Below are positions 62,757 to 64,000 of a DNA stretch of 64,000 nucleotides, in pieces; the stretch's first letter is position 1; the number at the start of each line of letters is the position of its first letter. Both the position numbers and the translations under genes were made by a program. The notes beneath the pieces were generated by a model that did no database searches, was not told the origin of the DNA, and saw nothing but the letters and a program-made list of their open reading frames with translations. Source of the stretch: an uncultured delta proteobacterium (GTDB lineage: Bacteria > Myxococcota_A > Polyangia > Polyangiales > Polyangiaceae); assembly GCA_963696385.1 (NCBI GenBank), contig CAVOKF010000007.1, forward strand, positions 448,001 to 512,000. The letters run 5' to 3'.

Positions 62757-64000
62757 GCCCATTTTCCGTCACCGAGGTTCGCAATGCGCTGCGCTGCCCG
62801 CGGATCTTCGCGCTCGGCAGGATGAAGAACCGAGCGGTCGCGTTTCCCATCGGGTCGTCGTGTCTCGGCGCCTCGTTTCATCGGATCGTCGACCGGTTCG
62901 CGCGAACCGTCGAGACCCCTCCTCTGCGCGTGGCCGGGCTCGAAGAGGGAGCCCCGCTCGACGCGATCGAAGCGGAGCTTCGGGCGTGGGTCCTCGGACT
63001 GCTTGCCGACGAGCTCGACGCGGATGCGACCCTCGCCACCATGCCCGGCGAAGTCGACGATCTCGCTCAGGCGCTTCGTGAACTTGCGCGTCACTTGGCT
63101 GCGCGGTTGCGGCGCTTTCCTGGGCGGCCTTCCGACGCGCTCCGCAAGGTCCTGCGAGACAGCGAGCGCCCGATCGAGGCGGTCGTCGAGGAGGGGATCC
63201 TGCTGCGCGGCACCATGGACGCGCTCTATGGCGAACCCGACGGCTCCCTCGAAGTCATCGAGTACAAACTGACCGACGACGCCAATGACGGGCTCGATCG
63301 CGCGCAGGCGGCGCTCTATGGCCACTTGATCGAGCTATCGACGGGAATGGCACCAAAGCCGGTGGTCCTTCGGTTCATGCCGATGCTACGCGAAACCGCG
63401 ATTTCGAAGGTCGAAGCGGACGACCTCGTCCGCCGAACGGTCCTGCCGGTCGTACGGGACATGGTTCGGTGGGTGGACGAGCCGGGCACGGCACCGGCCG
63501 CCGAGCGGCGCGATCTTTGTCCCGTGTGCCCGCTCGCCGAAGCCTGCGCGGAGGCCTATCCGGATCGCGTCGGGCCGCGAGACGACCCGCCTGCGGCCGC
63601 AGCGCGGCCTCGCGTGGATGCCGCCGGGGCCATCGGGCCGGCCGTGACCTCTCCCATCCTCAGCGCATCGTCCTTTGACGAGGACGGCCGAAAACAGGCC
63701 AATCGCCTGCGCGACAGCATCCTCGCCGAGCTTCGCAAACATGGCATCAATGCGATGTGCCCTCGTCCGCCGGTCGTGGGTCCAACGCTGTTCGAGGTCG
63801 AGGTCACACGGGCACGCGGATCGGTCAAGGCCCTCGATCAGATGGCCGAGGACGTGAAGCACCGGCTCGCGAGCGAGGACGGCACGGAGGCGTCCTACGA
63901 ACAACGAGCCGGAAGGCGGCTGTTTGTCGTCCGACGACCCGTGCCGCGCAAGGTGCTGCTCTCGCCGCTGCTCGCCGAAGCTCACGACTACCTCGCCGGG
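62753..64000 (+). CDS. Cas4/AddB-like PD-(D/E)xK nuclease fused to FtsK-like domain (partial)
   Basis: Manual translation: RCPR, GASFH, RGTMD, IEYK, QAALY, CPVCPLAEAC, then VVGPTLFEVEV; open to window end. Confidence 0.8.
   Translation, partial: MSPFSVTEVRNALRCPRIFALGRMKNRAVAFPIGSSCLGASFHRIVDRFARTVETPPLRVAGLEEGAPLDAIEAELRAWVLGLLADELDADATLATMPGEVDDLAQALRELARHLAARLRRFPGRPSDALRKVLRDSERPIEAVVEEGILLRGTMDALYGEPDGSLEVIEYKLTDDANDGLDRAQAALYGHLIELSTGMAPKPVVLRFMPMLRETAISKVEADDLVRRTVLPVVRDMVRWVDEPGTAPAAERRDLCPVCPLAEACAEAYPDRVGPRDDPPAAAARPRVDAAGAIGPAVTSPILSASSFDEDGRKQANRLRDSILAELRKHGINAMCPRPPVVGPTLFEVEVTRARGSVKALDQMAEDVKHRLASEDGTEASYEQRAGRRLFVVRRPVPRKVLLSPLLAEAHDYLAG

Noticed and set aside
62753..64000. 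CRISPR-Cas locus suggested by the Cas4-like domain
   Set aside because: No repeat-spacer array and no cas1/cas2 in the window

Overview
High-GC bacterial accessory region. Ser/Thr kinase, Cys-rich lipoproteins, PEGA domain and IS types suggest Myxococcota (inference). No rRNA, tRNA or CRISPR array was seen. 1-19 kb: stress and regulatory genes (katG-oxyR, DoxX, ADH, GntR-TetR/FAD monooxygenase, ECF41 sigma with two divergent consensus promoters, and a DAHP synthase preceded by a Phe/Tyr/Trp-rich leader peptide attenuator). 19.5-32.3 kb: an island bounded by two direct copies of an IS110/IS1111 element. It holds two tandem IS66 elements sharing an 8-bp target duplication (one carries a DUF4338/DruA-like gene), a complete His-Xaa-Ser radical SAM cluster (hxsADBC) whose precursor is fused to a PEGA domain, and a divergent membrane protein with six DnaJ-type zinc repeats. 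The longer IS110 copy has a 3' non-coding region with short matches to the element's junctions (candidate bridge RNA). 32-59 kb: WYL/SRPBCC/EVE module with a 56-bp inverted repeat, carotenoid oxygenase, a type III R-M pair whose Res lacks the expected catalytic Lys, a hybrid kinase, hydrolases, lipoproteins and gene remnants. 59.8-64 kb: a translationally coupled operon (unknown protein, AAA ATPase, Cas4/AddB-like Fe-S nuclease fused to an FtsK-like domain) running off the window, the best candidate for an undescribed system. Several single-base frameshifts may be assembly errors.
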